Assembly (NCBI RefSeq): GCF_964194155.1
Contig: NC_135897.1
Location: forward strand, 50,778,001-50,842,000
Source: Cetorhinus maximus
Lineage: Eukaryota
Reading direction: 5' to 3'
Length of the DNA: 64,000 nucleotides
The notes beneath the pieces are model-generated. The model did not search any database and was not told the DNA's origin. It saw nothing but the letters and a program-made list of their open reading frames with translations. Position numbers and translations under genes: made by a program. Shown here in pieces: positions 1-11,468 of the stretch; position 1 is the first letter of the stretch, and each line of letters opens with the position of its first letter.

Positions 1-466
1 ATATAATGTATGTGTAATATATTCATAACCTCAAGTACATCCAAATAGTTCCTTTCTCTTGAGCAAAATTACCCATGTAAACAAAACTATAATGAGCTAG
101 TTTGTCAGTCATCCGAGTGCATGTGTGAGACATGGGTTTTTGCACAACGTATCAACCCTTCAGCATTTTCAACTGCCTTCATTTAACTGCATTCAAAACA
201 GATAGTTTTGGTTGTGTGGAAAGCTTCTTCATGATGTAGCGCTGTTTTTATAACAAAGTCACTCCTACAGAACATCAAGTAGTTCATTTGAAAAATGACT
301 AATCACAGCTTCATTGTTGCAGCATTTCAAGTAATTTAGCTGTAATTACTTTGCTACTTACTACTTTCAACCCCAGTGTTTTAATGTACAACAGAGTACG
401 CTTCCTTTTTTTTTGATGTTGCAGTAATTTTCTATTGACCCTTTCCAAGGTTAGAGATGGCTTACA

Positions 467-502
467 AGGGGCTGAATGGTCTACTCCTGTTCCTATTTCT
501 TA
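467..502 (+). mobile_element. CR1 LINE 3' tail fragment
   Basis: aggggctgaatggtctactcctgttcctatttctta matches the CR1 tails at 26838-26872 and ~58695-58730. Confidence 0.75.
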
Positions 503-995
503 CCCTGCCGACCAAAGCTGGAAAGTATCTGGTGGCAGGTCACATTTTTTTTTGTTCCACCATATCCAGTTTCCTGTGTTGCTTTGTGTTCTTTATCTTC
601 ATCTGAACATTTTTTTGAATTTTTGCAGCCTTTCGAGAACTCATTAACTATATCTCCTCAAATATACGGAAGTATTTAATTCCTTCTCAGAAATAATTTA
701 TTTACATTTTTAAAAATTGGTACCTGACCAGTTAAGATGGAAACAAAGATTCCTAATTGCCAGTTGATGACTAATTTTAAAGATTGTGTCCAGTACACAA
801 AAAGCTAATTATACTGTTAGTAATATTAGACAATGAGCATTTTACATGTTGGTGTGATATTTGTTTGCTATGCATTTTTCTTTCTCTCATCTCTACATTG
901 CCGTGTCCTATGTCTTTGATTCACACTTTCTGTTTAAATAACATAAAAACACATCCTCATAGAAGGAGGCACAAGAGAAGATAAGATTACAAGAT

Positions 996-1319
996 TAGAA
1001 GGACAAGGGCAGCAGACACATGGGAGCACCACCACCTAGAACTTTCCAGCATCTGCAGTTTTTTGCTTTTACCACCACCTAGAAGTTCCCCTCGAAGTCA
1101 CTCATCATCCTGACTTGGAAATATATCACTGTTCCTTCACTGTTGCTGGGTCAAAATCTTGGAACTCCCTTCCTAACAGCACTGTGAGTGTACCTACACC
1201 ACATGGACTGCAGCAGTTCAAGAAGGCAGTTCACCACCACCTTCTCAAGGGCAACTAGGGATGGGCAATAAATTCTGACCCAGCCAGCGAAGCCAACATC
1301 CCATGAATGAATAAAAAAA
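996..1319 (+). mobile_element. 3' end of a CR1/L2-group LINE
   Basis: ORF2 C-terminal motif SFTVAGSKSWNSLPNSTV...LQQFKKAVHHHL; tail gggcaataaa...catgaatgaataaaaaaa; related copies at 3300-3577 and 29770-30302. Confidence 0.85.
1042..1070 (+). mobile_element. 29-nt PLE terminal micro-insertion
   Basis: ctttccagcatctgcagttttttgctttt matches the PLE 3' end; flanked by perfect 14-bp duplication accaccacctagaa (1028-1041, 1071-1084). Confidence 0.8.
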
Positions 1320-1759
1320 TCCCTCAATCACCACAAAAATAGCAGTTCTTACTTCTATGGCCAGTGCCAACAAAATTACATAATCCTCATGCTTGGTAAC
1401 ACACAACAAGTATATGGAACTGTGCTAACAGAATCTTTCCATTTGTGCTCCCACATATTCTGTGTAAGTAAAAAGTACAGGGATTCTTCTACTCTGTAAG
1501 ATAGCACACTGCTCTGCAAAATTAAAAAGCTTGTTTGCATTGTATGACACAGTGGTTTTCAAACTGAGGTTTGTAGAGACTTGCCACAGTGTCCAAAAAA
1601 TAATCTCTCTAGTATCTGTGAGAGAGAGTAAAATAGAAGGGGGACAAAGAGAAGAAACACAAAGCAAGTCACCCATTTTAGATGAATTATTGGTAGTTGG
1701 TGTTACTTCCGCGCAAGTATCTGACTGGATGTCTACCTACGAAGCTCCTGAATAATCTT

Positions 1760-2472
1760 GACCTGGAATTTCTGCTTTGGGTGCAATTGGCAATCTAGGC
1801 ACAATTACGCCCAAAATTGGGCTTGTTTTCCAAAGTGCTTTTTTTAACCTCAAGATTTTGCTCAAACACATTTGTATATACCAAATGGAAAATTTGCCAT
1901 GAACCTATGCAATTGGTCAGCATTTTAGAATGTAATTTTTAAAAATTGTTTACTTTTAAAAACACTCCTTGGTGTAATTTAGGAGTGGTGACTTGGTGCA
2001 GCTTTATTAATACAGCTGAAAATGGTTATCACAGAGAATAAGCATTTTTAATCAATATCTAATACACCAACTGTGAGTAATCTTATTTTAAATAACTGAA
2101 AATGACTTTAATGAAACTATTAAGAAACATTTGCTCATTATATTGGTGAACAATCATTAATTTCTCTGGTTTTTAAGTATTCCAAATCTTTTAACATGTG
2201 CCTTGCGCCTAAAAAAAAAAGCTTAATTTTATAAGGCCCCCCCCCCCCAAAAGCCCGCAAACGATGATTAATATGATCGGGGGTGTATCCAGTTTTGTGA
2301 ATGGGGCCAGCTTCTGGCACACTATTTCTTAAACTAACACATACAACTGCGGAAACTCGATTTCTGCTGGATCTAATTTGCGCTTGAAATTCCACAACCT
2401 TTTGCATTGGTTTGGCAAATATTGTATAAATTGCACTGAAAAAGCAGCCCAACCCAGTGGAAACTCCTGCCC
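1760..2472. mobile_element. Non-autonomous PIF/Harbinger-like element (MITE)
   Basis: Degenerate TIRs gacctggaatttc...gaaactcctgccc; 3-bp duplication CTT (1757-1759, 2473-2475). Confidence 0.65.
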
Positions 2473-2762
2473 CTTGACTTCAGGATGGTGTTGGATGAAC
2501 TTGGATGACTGAGGCTAGATCCACCTGCAATGAGTGTTACATATACTTTCATCCATGAATATGGATATTTTATGTACCCGCATATTTAAATAATCTTCAT
2601 ATAGCATACTTGATGCTCTGTGAAGTTGGTAGAATAGAGCTGCACCTGCTGAATTGGGGAGAAGCAGCTGTGAACAAGTTGCTTGTAGCTGAAATGTGAT
2701 TTTTCTCTCTTCATTCTGGTCACTATAGCATAACTATTTTGACAAAATAATAACATTGCATA

Positions 2763-3135
2763 GGGAAGAATTTTTCCTGTGGTGGGCGGGAGCAGGCAGG
2801 GGTGGGTGTGGAACCGATCGCTGCCCACGATCGGCTGCACGCCGCCATTCCACATGGGCGGGCCAATTAAGGCCCGCTCAGCATAACGTGTGGCCAGTAG
2901 CACGCAGCGCTACCCGTGCGGGTGGGGGGAGGAAGGAGAGTCGGAGCCTGCGCTCTTTCGCTCATGCTGCCTCAGGGAGTTTGAATGGATTAGAAAACTT
3001 TTGAATAAATAAAGTAAAAAATTATTTAAACCTGTCCTCTCATGTGACAGTGTCACATGAGCTGGGACATGTTTGTGAAGTTAGGAACATTTATTTATTT
3101 ATTTTATAAAAGCTTCAGGAAACCTCATCCAACCC
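2763..3135 (-). mobile_element. Partial Harbinger-like MITE, same family as 16559-17225
   Basis: Starts gggaagaattttt; shares gggccaattaaggc, tgcctcagggag and catgtcc..catgtga blocks in reverse orientation. Confidence 0.75.
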
Positions 3136-3299
3136 CTTAAAATTCCTATAGTGTTGCTCACAGCCAAAAAATGCAAGAATTTATATTTCTGTTTTATTTC
3201 ACTGTTTTTGCTCAGTCCTTCAATTCTATTTACCAATCTGTCTTCCTTTTTCTTCCACTCTTCAAAACTCTATTACATATGGCTCCGACATGCTTTCCC

Positions 3300-3577
3300 T
3301 TTTTATTCTATCTGTATCGCTTTGTACATTCTTCAACAGCACCTTCCAAACCCGTGACCTCTACCACCTAGAAGAACAAGGACAGCAGATGTATGGGAAC
3401 ACCACCGCCTGCAAGTTCCCTTCCAAGTCACACACCATCCTGATTTGGAAATGTATCGCCGTTCCTTCACTGTCACTGGGTCAAAATCCTGGAACTCCCT
3501 TCCCAACAGGACTGTGGATGTACCTGCATCACATGGACTGCAGCGGTTCAAGAAGGAGGCTCATCACCACCTTCTCG
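3300..3577 (+). mobile_element. CR1/L2-group LINE 3' fragment
   Basis: Homologous to 996-1319; cut at cttctc by the L2 tail. Confidence 0.85.
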
Positions 3578-3599
3578 ACAACAACTTGCATTTATAATC

Positions 3600-4302
3600 A
3601 AAAACAAAAATAAAAATACCTGGAAAAACTTAGCATCTGCGGAGAGGAATACAGTTAACGTTTCTAGTCCGTATGACTCTTCAACAGAACTAAGGAAAAA
3701 TAGAAGAGAGGTGAAATATAAGCTGGTTTAAGGGGGGGTGGGACAGGTTGAGCTGGATAGAGGGCCAGTGATAGGTGGAGATTGCCAAAAGATGTCATAG
3801 ACAAAAGGACAAAGAGGTGTTGATGGTGGTGATATTAGCTAAGAAATGTGCTAATAGGTGACATTAAGGGTAGAAAGCAGGATGAGCAAGGTACAGATAG
3901 CCCTAGTGGGGGTGGGGTGGGGGGAAGGGGTTGAAATAGGTTAAAAGGTGGAGATAAAACAATGGATGGAAATATATTTAAAAATAATGGAAATAGGTGG
4001 GAAAAGAAAAGTATATATAAATTATTGGAAAAAAGGGGGATCGGAAAGGGGGTGGGGATGGAGGAGGGAGTTCAAGATCTAAAGTTGTTGAACTGAATAT
4101 TCAGTCCGGAAGGCTGTAAAGTGCCTAGTCGGAAGATGAGGTGCTGTTCCTCCAGTTTGCGTTGAGCTTCACTGGAACATTGCAGCAGGCCAAGGACGGA
4201 CATGTGGGCATGAGAGCAGGGTGGTGTATTGAAATGGCAAGCGACAGGGAGGTCTGGGTCACGCTTGCAGACAGACCGAAGGTGTTCCGCAAAGCGGTCA
4301 CC
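3600..4302 (-). mobile_element. Penelope-like element 3' part (GIY-YIG C-terminus, UTR, terminal repeat)
   Basis: GDRFAEHLRSV...PVACHFN...QRKLEEQHLIFRLGTLQPSGLN; 11-bp TSD catttataatc (3589-3599, 4303-4313). Confidence 0.92.
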
Positions 4303-5023
4303 CATTTATAATCGCTCTGAAGAATGCACTTCAGAGGAACATTATAAAGCAAAGTTTGACAACGAGCCACGTGAGGTGATATTAGGGCAGAGACCGAAAC
4401 CTTCATCAAATAACAGGTTTTAAGCAGCATCTTAAAGGATGAAAGAGAAGCAAAGCGGTTTAGGAGAGAATTCCAGAGCTTAGGGCCTTGGCAGCTGAAG
4501 ATATGACCATCCATGATGGAGCAATTAAAATCAGGGATGCACAAGAAGCCAGAATTAGAGGAGTGCAGAGATCTCAAAAGGGTTGTAAAGACTGGAGGAG
4601 ATTACAGAGATAGGGAAGGGTAAGGCCATGGAGGAATTTGAAAACAAAGATGAGCGTTTTAAAATTGAAGTATTGCTTAACTGGGAGCCAGTGTAGGTCA
4701 GCAAGCACGAGTGATGGATGGATGGGATTTGATGTGAGTAAGGACACATGCAGCAAAGTTTTTGTTGACCTTAGGTTTACGGAGGGTAGACTGTGGGAGG
4801 CCGGCAAGGAATGTCTCAAAATAGTCAAGTCTAGAGGTAACAAAGGAATGAAGGAGGGTTTCAGCAGCAAATGAGCTGAAGCAGGTGATGTTACAGAGGT
4901 GGAAATAGGTGGTTTTAGTGATAGCGTAAATATGTGGTTGGAAGCTCATTTCATGGTCAAATATGATGCTAAGATGAAGTAAGTAGCTGGGAAATGGAGT
5001 TTATAGCGGGTGCCGAAGACAGT

Positions 5024-6638
5024 GGGTGGAATTTTCTGTCCAAGTAGTGAGACCATTTGTGGGTCAGTATGGTGAAGGAGAGGGCTTTGCTGAGGCTTTT
5101 TATCTGAGCCACAGCATTAACATCCCTGCCAGTCAGGGAGGGTGGGTGGGTTGTTGTGCTTGATCTGTCAAAAGAAGAATTTCTCATTAAAGAGACCATG
5201 ACATAGGTTATAATGAGTCACTAGCACTTGGATGTTTACAACAACCATAAGACTGGAGAGGAGACCTGGGAAGATTGTTCCTTGGTTCTCTCACTCGTAT
5301 CTCAAGGTCCTGCTGCGGGACCAGAGGGACTGCAGAGAAGTGAGCTCTCCCAGGGACAGGAGCTTGGATAGTCTCTCCAACCAAATAGATGTGGATTAAA
5401 GTGGCCAAGGAAGTCAGCAGCAGGAATGTGGTCCCTTTAAGCTGGAAACAGTGCACCAAGAGAATCCAGGAGCACAGGAAAACTGAATGACATAACACTT
5501 TCAGTGCCAAATCCATGCTCTAACTTACCCAGCATTTTCCTGTACAGCACTCAAACCAACAAAATTTCCGGACCCACTGATGGTTCTTGCTTCAGACACC
5601 TCACATTCCCATCTGAGGAGCCATTCACACTCACCCTCAGCCTATTGCTCCCTTGCACCCATGCCTCACAGCCACTGTCTACAAATGTTCTCCTCCCATC
5701 CTCTCTACACAAACCATTTCTAACAGCCACACCTCTGCTTTCTCTCCTTGGAGGAGAAGAGCGCACACAACTTTGCAGTGAGCCAGGGCTCTGGTGCGGT
5801 GGGGAGTGGAGGGGGGAGCGGTGTGGGGGTGGCCCTCCAATGATGGAGACCTTGGCAACGTGTGCCCACCTGGTCCACTGGGGAGGAGGTCTTGTTCCAA
5901 GAAGCTGAAAATGTCAGCAACAACCTGCCATGAAAGCCTCAGCATCCTGAGGCACTGGTGCTCACGTGTGTCGTGGGATCTGATCCTGTGCCTGTGTTGA
6001 GAGCCTCGCCTCCCTTCATATGGATCTCAGTGTCCATTCCCTCCGGCCAGTGGAGGGGAATGTGGCTGAGCAGGCAATGGCTTTTGCTGATAATGATGAT
6101 GTTACTTCTTCCCTTGTTCCTCGTCAGAGATACAAGGTGCAGCTGCATAAGCTGCTTCCATTCCATGGCGAAGGCTGACAACAGGGAAGTGCAATAAGTG
6201 AAGTGACTTCCAAGAAGTTGGCAATCACCTGTCAAGCAGTGAACTCACTCTCTGAGAAGGTGTTCTGTGAGCACCAGCTTCTCACTTGGTCATGGCTGGA
6301 GCTCTTCAGTTTCACCGTTCAAAGCCTTCCCAATTTGTCAGTTTCACTGAAGAAGCTCTTCCCACTGCGCACTCACCCGGGCAAGCCGCTACCAGGTCAG
6401 GAAAGAGGTGCCTTGAGTGGAGAATGTAAAATTGAGGGTTAAAACAATATTTAATAACCTACTTGATTACTTTAATTACTTGCCCTACAGCTGCATGTGA
6501 GTTCCGTGCCTTCACTCCTAGCCCAGCGAATACTGGAAGGGGGCAGGATCATGTCAAGATTCCAAACCAATGTCACTTTTTGGGGATTTAACTCGCTGCA
6601 TGCAGCCAAACCTGGCTTTCCTTGTCTGGGAAGATTCT
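5024..6638 (+). mobile_element. PIF/Harbinger derivative with decayed Myb/SANT-like ORF
   Basis: Left TIR gggtggaatttt; ~5295-5475 reads LKVLL...WIKVAKEVSSRNVVPLSWKQCTKR (trihelix pattern); L2 resumes after it. Confidence 0.75.
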
Positions 6639-8105
6639 AGTCTTCCCAATATCTAATTGGAGTACATTTCTGCTCATCCAGTACTAGATGTCAGGTAAAA
6701 AGTTCGACAGTTTACACAGTGTAGGGATCAAGAGAGGTGGTGGTGAGGTAGAGCTGGGCGTCACCAGTGCATTTATGAAAACTGGTGTTGTGATTCCGAA
6801 TGATGTTATCAAGGGTAGCATATGGATGGGAAATAGGAGGGGGCCAAGGATAGATCCTTGTGGGACACTGGAAGTAACAATGTGGAAGTGGGAAAAGAAG
6901 CCATGGAAGGTAATTCTGTGGCTAAGCTTAGATGGATAAGAAGGAAACCAGGCAAGTGATGTCCCTTCCAGCCGGAAAACAGTGGAGAGGAGTTGAAAGT
7001 AGATGGTGTGGTCAACTATATCAAAGGCTGCAGATAGGTCGAAAAGGATGAGGAATAATAGTTTATCTTTGTCACAGTCACACAGTATGTCATTTATGAC
7101 TTTGGAGAGAGCTGTTTCACTACTGGGGCAGAGTTGAAAACCTGATTGGAGGGATTCAATCATGGAGTTCCAGGGAAGATGGAAGGTGACACATGGTGAA
7201 AGGAAGGGGAGGTTGGAGATGGGTTGGCAGCTTGCAGGGGTAGTGGTTTTTTTCAGAAGTGGGTTGATTATCGCAGATTTGAAGGAGGGTGGAGCAGTAC
7301 TTGAGGAGAAAGAACTTTGAACAATGTCAGCAGACATGAGAATCAGGAAGGGAAGTTGGTGGTCAGCAGTTTACTGGGAATAGGATCGAATGAGCAGGAG
7401 CTGAATCTAATGGGCGCAATAAGCTTAAAGTGGGCATGAGGGGAGATAGGAGAGAAACTAGTGAAAGGTGAGCGTTCAGAGCTAGGGCAGGGAGGAACCT
7501 TAGAGGAACTTTGACCTGGTGGGCTAGAGGAAGGGAGAGAGTAGTCTGAGGAAATGGATTGAATGGTCTCAATCATAACGATAAAGTAGTCCATGAGCTC
7601 CTCGCATTTGTTGGTGGAGGAGATGGGAGAGAAGGGTTCAAGAAAATAGTTTGCCATAGAGCAAAGACGCTGGGGACAAAGTGAATCATTTTGTTTTAAT
7701 TTTGTTGCATTGTGTTGATGCACACACAAGATAGCAAGGAAAAGAAAGGTCTTTGACAACAGCATATTCTGTTGACTTCATAATGACTTCATAATTAGCC
7801 AGTTTTTAAATGACCAATCACATAAGAAATCTGGCAGTTACCTGCTCTCTGATTGGATTAAGTTCCAATCAACTTATGGAAATAGAAAAACAGAACAGAG
7901 AGCTGAGATTTTATAAATATAATATGGACTCTCATGCTGAGTAGCAGTCATTTGCTATTAGTTAACGATATACTAATATTTATTTTGCAAAATGTAAAAA
8001 CTAAATCATTTTTCCAGGACTTAACACTGAAGATTGGAGTAAAATTAAACCTTGCATGCTCTAAGTACACTGTCTACGCTCTGAAGTAAATAATATGTTT
8101 CATAG

Positions 8106-8177
8106 ATTCAGAAGCTCTTGAAGCTAGGCTCAAAACTTCTGGCACACTCGATAGAAAGCTCCTCTTAAATAATAAAA
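8106..8177 (+). CDS. Candidate 72-nt phase 1-1 coding exon of an unidentified host gene, (D)SEALEARLKTSGTLDRKLLLNNK
   Basis: tttcatag| acceptor (weak pyrimidine tract) and |gtaagt donor; length divisible by 3; only the phase-1 frame is open; lies in a ~2 kb repeat-free island; TGCATG at 8053-8058. Confidence 0.55.
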
Positions 8178-8335
8178 GTAAGTGGAGAGAATTAATATTT
8201 AGGAGAATTCAGGCCACTTGAGCAGCACTCAGCATGAAATTAGCTCATTCTTTTCTATGATTGATGGTTTTTCGCTGCCTTCTCTCTTTCTATCTTCCCT
8301 CTTCTTCCCTTCCCTTTCTAATTGGACCTGTGCAG

Positions 8336-8346
8336 ATGTTAACTAA
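8336..8346 (+). CDS. Candidate terminal exon start (phase 1: N/D-V-N-stop) followed by possible AU-rich 3' UTR
   Basis: Long pyrimidine tract 8278-8319, ctaat, then tgcag|at gtt aac taa; repeat-free sequence continues to ~9720; no clear polyA signal found. Confidence 0.35.
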
Positions 8347-9837
8347 ATCAGACTGTCACAGCGCAGAGAAAACGTCCTGTTTTCAAAATGGACAATCGCA
8401 AATATTTAGAGCTTCCTTCTTTGAATAACTGGTTAGCATTATTAACTTGGATTGAAGAAATCGATTCATTTTAGTTGTTGTTGGACCTATTGTCATAAGC
8501 TCTGGCAGGCACCAAAGCCCAGAATTCTTTGCCAGTAGGATAAAGTAAGCGCCAGGATCAGAAAACAGTTTAATTCCCGGGTGTCTCAAAGAAGATACCC
8601 ATGAGGGTACATAAATTTCAATGAACAGTTTTATTAATAAGTCAAATATTTTTTGTACATTTGAGATTTGTTCTGTGTCTGTTACATTATAACGGTATTT
8701 TTGGTATATATAATTGAGTGGGTGAGGAATCAACATGGCTTGTCAAAGAATTTGGTACAAATTGAGCAATTTGATTTATTAATTTTGTCTTTAAGTTGTA
8801 GGTATTCCAGACATTTCCTCTATGCTTCCAAGCAAATTAGTTTTTTTTAAAGTAATGGTAAATTTGAGCCTGTCACCACGGTTAATGATTTGCATTCTGC
8901 TTTTTCATTACTAGAGTATTTATGCCAGTCAAGATTTTTTGCATGGTTGAAACTTTTGGGGCGTGATACCTCATGGTTACATGCTTGATACAAGCCTTTT
9001 ACTGAAATCAATATGTCGCTGATTGCTAACACTATTAATCTGAGAGATAATTTAGATTTTTAGACAGAATTGAATTCATGTAAATTTTTAATGATTATGG
9101 AACTGCCTTATCATCAAAACCAGAAGTCAACGAGGACCTTTTAAGATGCACTTTGTTTCTTTAAGCAAAATGATTTGTATCCTCCTCCTTATAGATGGTA
9201 ACCTTGAGGTAATATTTTTGAAATCTCATTTAAATCAGGCTTTGAAAATTCCATCTCTTTGTTTTAAACTTGTTTAATTTATGACAAGATGTGAGAAATT
9301 CAAACCGGTTTTGCATGTTAATTTAACACCATTGACAGGTATGCCTACTCAGTGGGGAAAAAATATGTCTCTTGGGTTATTTAGAAATCTTGTTCTGTGT
9401 TGTGAAGTGCCATTGCCATATGCTTTCAAATTTACATTCCTCTTTGAATATTGCATACTTTTGGGAGTTGTCATTCCAACCCGTTTCATTGAATGTGTGG
9501 CTGCTTTGACTACTTTTTAAAAAAAGAGAATATGACTGAGCATTGTAATTGATAATAACTTAATATACTGGTAAACCTGAGACCTGAAACCACTTAGATT
9601 TATGGGTGTTTATGTGCTATATATTAACACTCCTATCCTGGGTATGAGTGTTCTTCTGAGTACTGGCACCAGTTCCATTACATTTCTTTCCATTAAGCCA
9701 GGCACTTGGTTGACATTAGCCAGCCAAGAACTGTGAATATATATAAAAACAAAAAACTACTGCGGATGCTGGAAATCCAAAACAAAAACAGAATTACCTG
9801 GAAAAACTCAGCAGGTCTGGCAGCATCGGTGGAGAAG

Positions 9838-9881
9838 AAAAGAGTCGACATTTCGGGTCCACACGACCCTTCAACAGAACT
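9838..9881 (-). ncRNA. Degenerate minimal hammerhead motif (CUGUUGA core)
   Basis: Reverse complement agtt-ctgttga-a-gggtc-gtgtg-gaccc-gaaat-gtc-gact. Confidence 0.55.
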
Positions 9882-10483
9882 TTTATTTTTGCGTTCCTTA
9901 GCACTTGAGAGAAAGAGAAAAAGTTTCTTGTTGAGGCGTCGGATGAGGCGAAGAATAAAATGAAACTGGGGGCACGCGCAGCTTTGAAAAAGGGTGCAGC
10001 GGTGCTGCTGGAGGGAGAGGTCGAGTGTGTTCATATGGCGGCGCATGGCACTGAGTGTGGATCTCAGAATGCGACGGGAACAGCAGTCCGAGAAACGTTT
10101 TATGTCCCGGAGATACCTGTAATCCTGGGTGGGTTCGAAACAAGAGGGATGGAATTTCAGTTGAAATCCATGTGGGGTGAGTCGGAGACGGAGACAGTCA
10201 CTGAGAAAGGAAATATGGCTGTGAAAGCGGGTTTTAGTAAACACCTTGTCAAACACCAGGAGAGAAATGGAAAGCAATGAAGGTGCACAAGGCAGAAGAG
10301 ACAGGCGGAAATCCTGTCGGAGAACAGAGTAATACTTCTTCAAGGAAGGCATTTCTTGAAGAGAAGTGGCAGTCAATTAAACACAGAGATGAAAACAAAA
10401 AACTACTGCGGATGCTAGAAATCCAAAACAAAAACAGAATTACCTGGAAAAACTCAGCAGGTCTGGCAGCATCGGTGGAGAAG

Positions 10484-10527
10484 AAAAGAGTCAACGTTTC
10501 GGGTCCACATGACCCTTCAACAGAACT
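10484..10527 (-). ncRNA. Minimal hammerhead motif, CUGUUGA core variant
   Basis: Reverse complement agtt-ctgttga-a-gggtc-atgtg-gaccc-gaaac-gtt-gact; stems I and II intact. Confidence 0.65.
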
Positions 10528-10924
10528 GTGAATATATGCCATCTAAAGAAATAGGAAGTCATCAGAATTATCAAGGGCTTCCTGTATGCATAGTCTAGCA
10601 CGGTTACTACTAGCAAAAGTGTTTCCTCCACAACAAACATGTAGAACATCAATAGGATATTAGTAGTTTGAGTACATGATGTTCAACTTTCATTTGAGAC
10701 TCAGAAGGTATCAAGCAGTTTGTGCCCACTGCTGAACATCCCAAAGCCAGAGGAGCAAGCAAGAAGGTAGATAAGAGCCTTGTTTAGTAATCAAAATCAA
10801 ATTAACCCTTTGATAGTATGCCAATGATAATTGATTTAATACAATGTTTAGCATGGAACAGAGACATGTAATTATAGATAGCATCTAGAGACATGGGTAT
10901 ATTTCCCTCTACCCAAAATCATTG

Positions 10925-11468
10925 GAGCATAGGAGCATTGGACTTAGGAGCAGGTCATTTGGCCCTTTGAGCCTGCTCTGCCATTCGATAAGGCCATGGC
11001 TGATCTGATTTTATCTCAACTCCACTTTCCTGTCTGTTCCCTGTAACTCTTGACTCATTTGTCTATCAAAAAAAACCTAACTCAGCCTTGAATAAATTCA
11101 ATGATCCAGCCTCCAATGCCCTCTGAGGAAGAGATTTCCACAGATTAACAACCCTCTGAGAGAAAAAAAATCTCATCACCTCTGCCTTAAAAGGGAGACC
11201 TTTTATTTTTAACATGTGTACCCTAGTTCTAGCTTCTCCCCACAACAGGAAACATCTTCCCAGCATCCAAGTCCCCCCAGCATCTTATATGTTTCAATAA
11301 GGCCACCTCTCATTCTTCTAAACTCCAATGGGTAAAGGCCCAAGCTGTTCAATCTTTCTTCATAAGATAAACGCTTCGCCCCAGGGATGAGTCAAGTGAA
11401 CCTTCTATGAACTGCTTCTAACACAATTATATCCTTTTTCAAATAAAGAGAACAAAACTGTACACAGC
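10925..11468 (-). mobile_element. CR1 LINE 3' end
   Basis: FFFSQRVVNLWKSLPQRALEA...FKAEL; CR1 3' UTR. Confidence 0.9.

Larger units (their letters stand above)
3578..7680 (-). mobile_element. L2 LINE (RT domain and 3' tail), interrupted by a PLE and a Harbinger
   Basis: ORF 6684-7337: QSGF...ETALSKVINDIL...LFDLSAAFDIVDH...VPQGSILGPLLF; VTSRLDY and LADLHWLPV motifs at 4574-4949; tail acaacaacttgcattt at 3578. Confidence 0.9.
9745..10527 (-). mobile_element. Mini Penelope-like element: two direct ~136-nt terminal repeats flanking the ORF N-terminus
   Basis: Repeats 9746-9881 and 10392-10527 (offset 646, 4 mismatches seen); open ORF from 10376 (FDKVFTKTRFHSHISFLSDCLR...); flanking duplication gtgaatatat. 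Confidence 0.9.

Noticed and set aside
7773-7795. Short tandem duplications (tgacttcataa twice; also near 15990 and 33461)
   Set aside because: Ordinary slippage duplications with no sign of function.
9746-10527. Direct repeats as true LTRs or a CRISPR-like array
   Set aside because: No TG...CA ends, PBS or PPT, only two units, and the sequence is the PLE terminal repeat seen elsewhere in the window.
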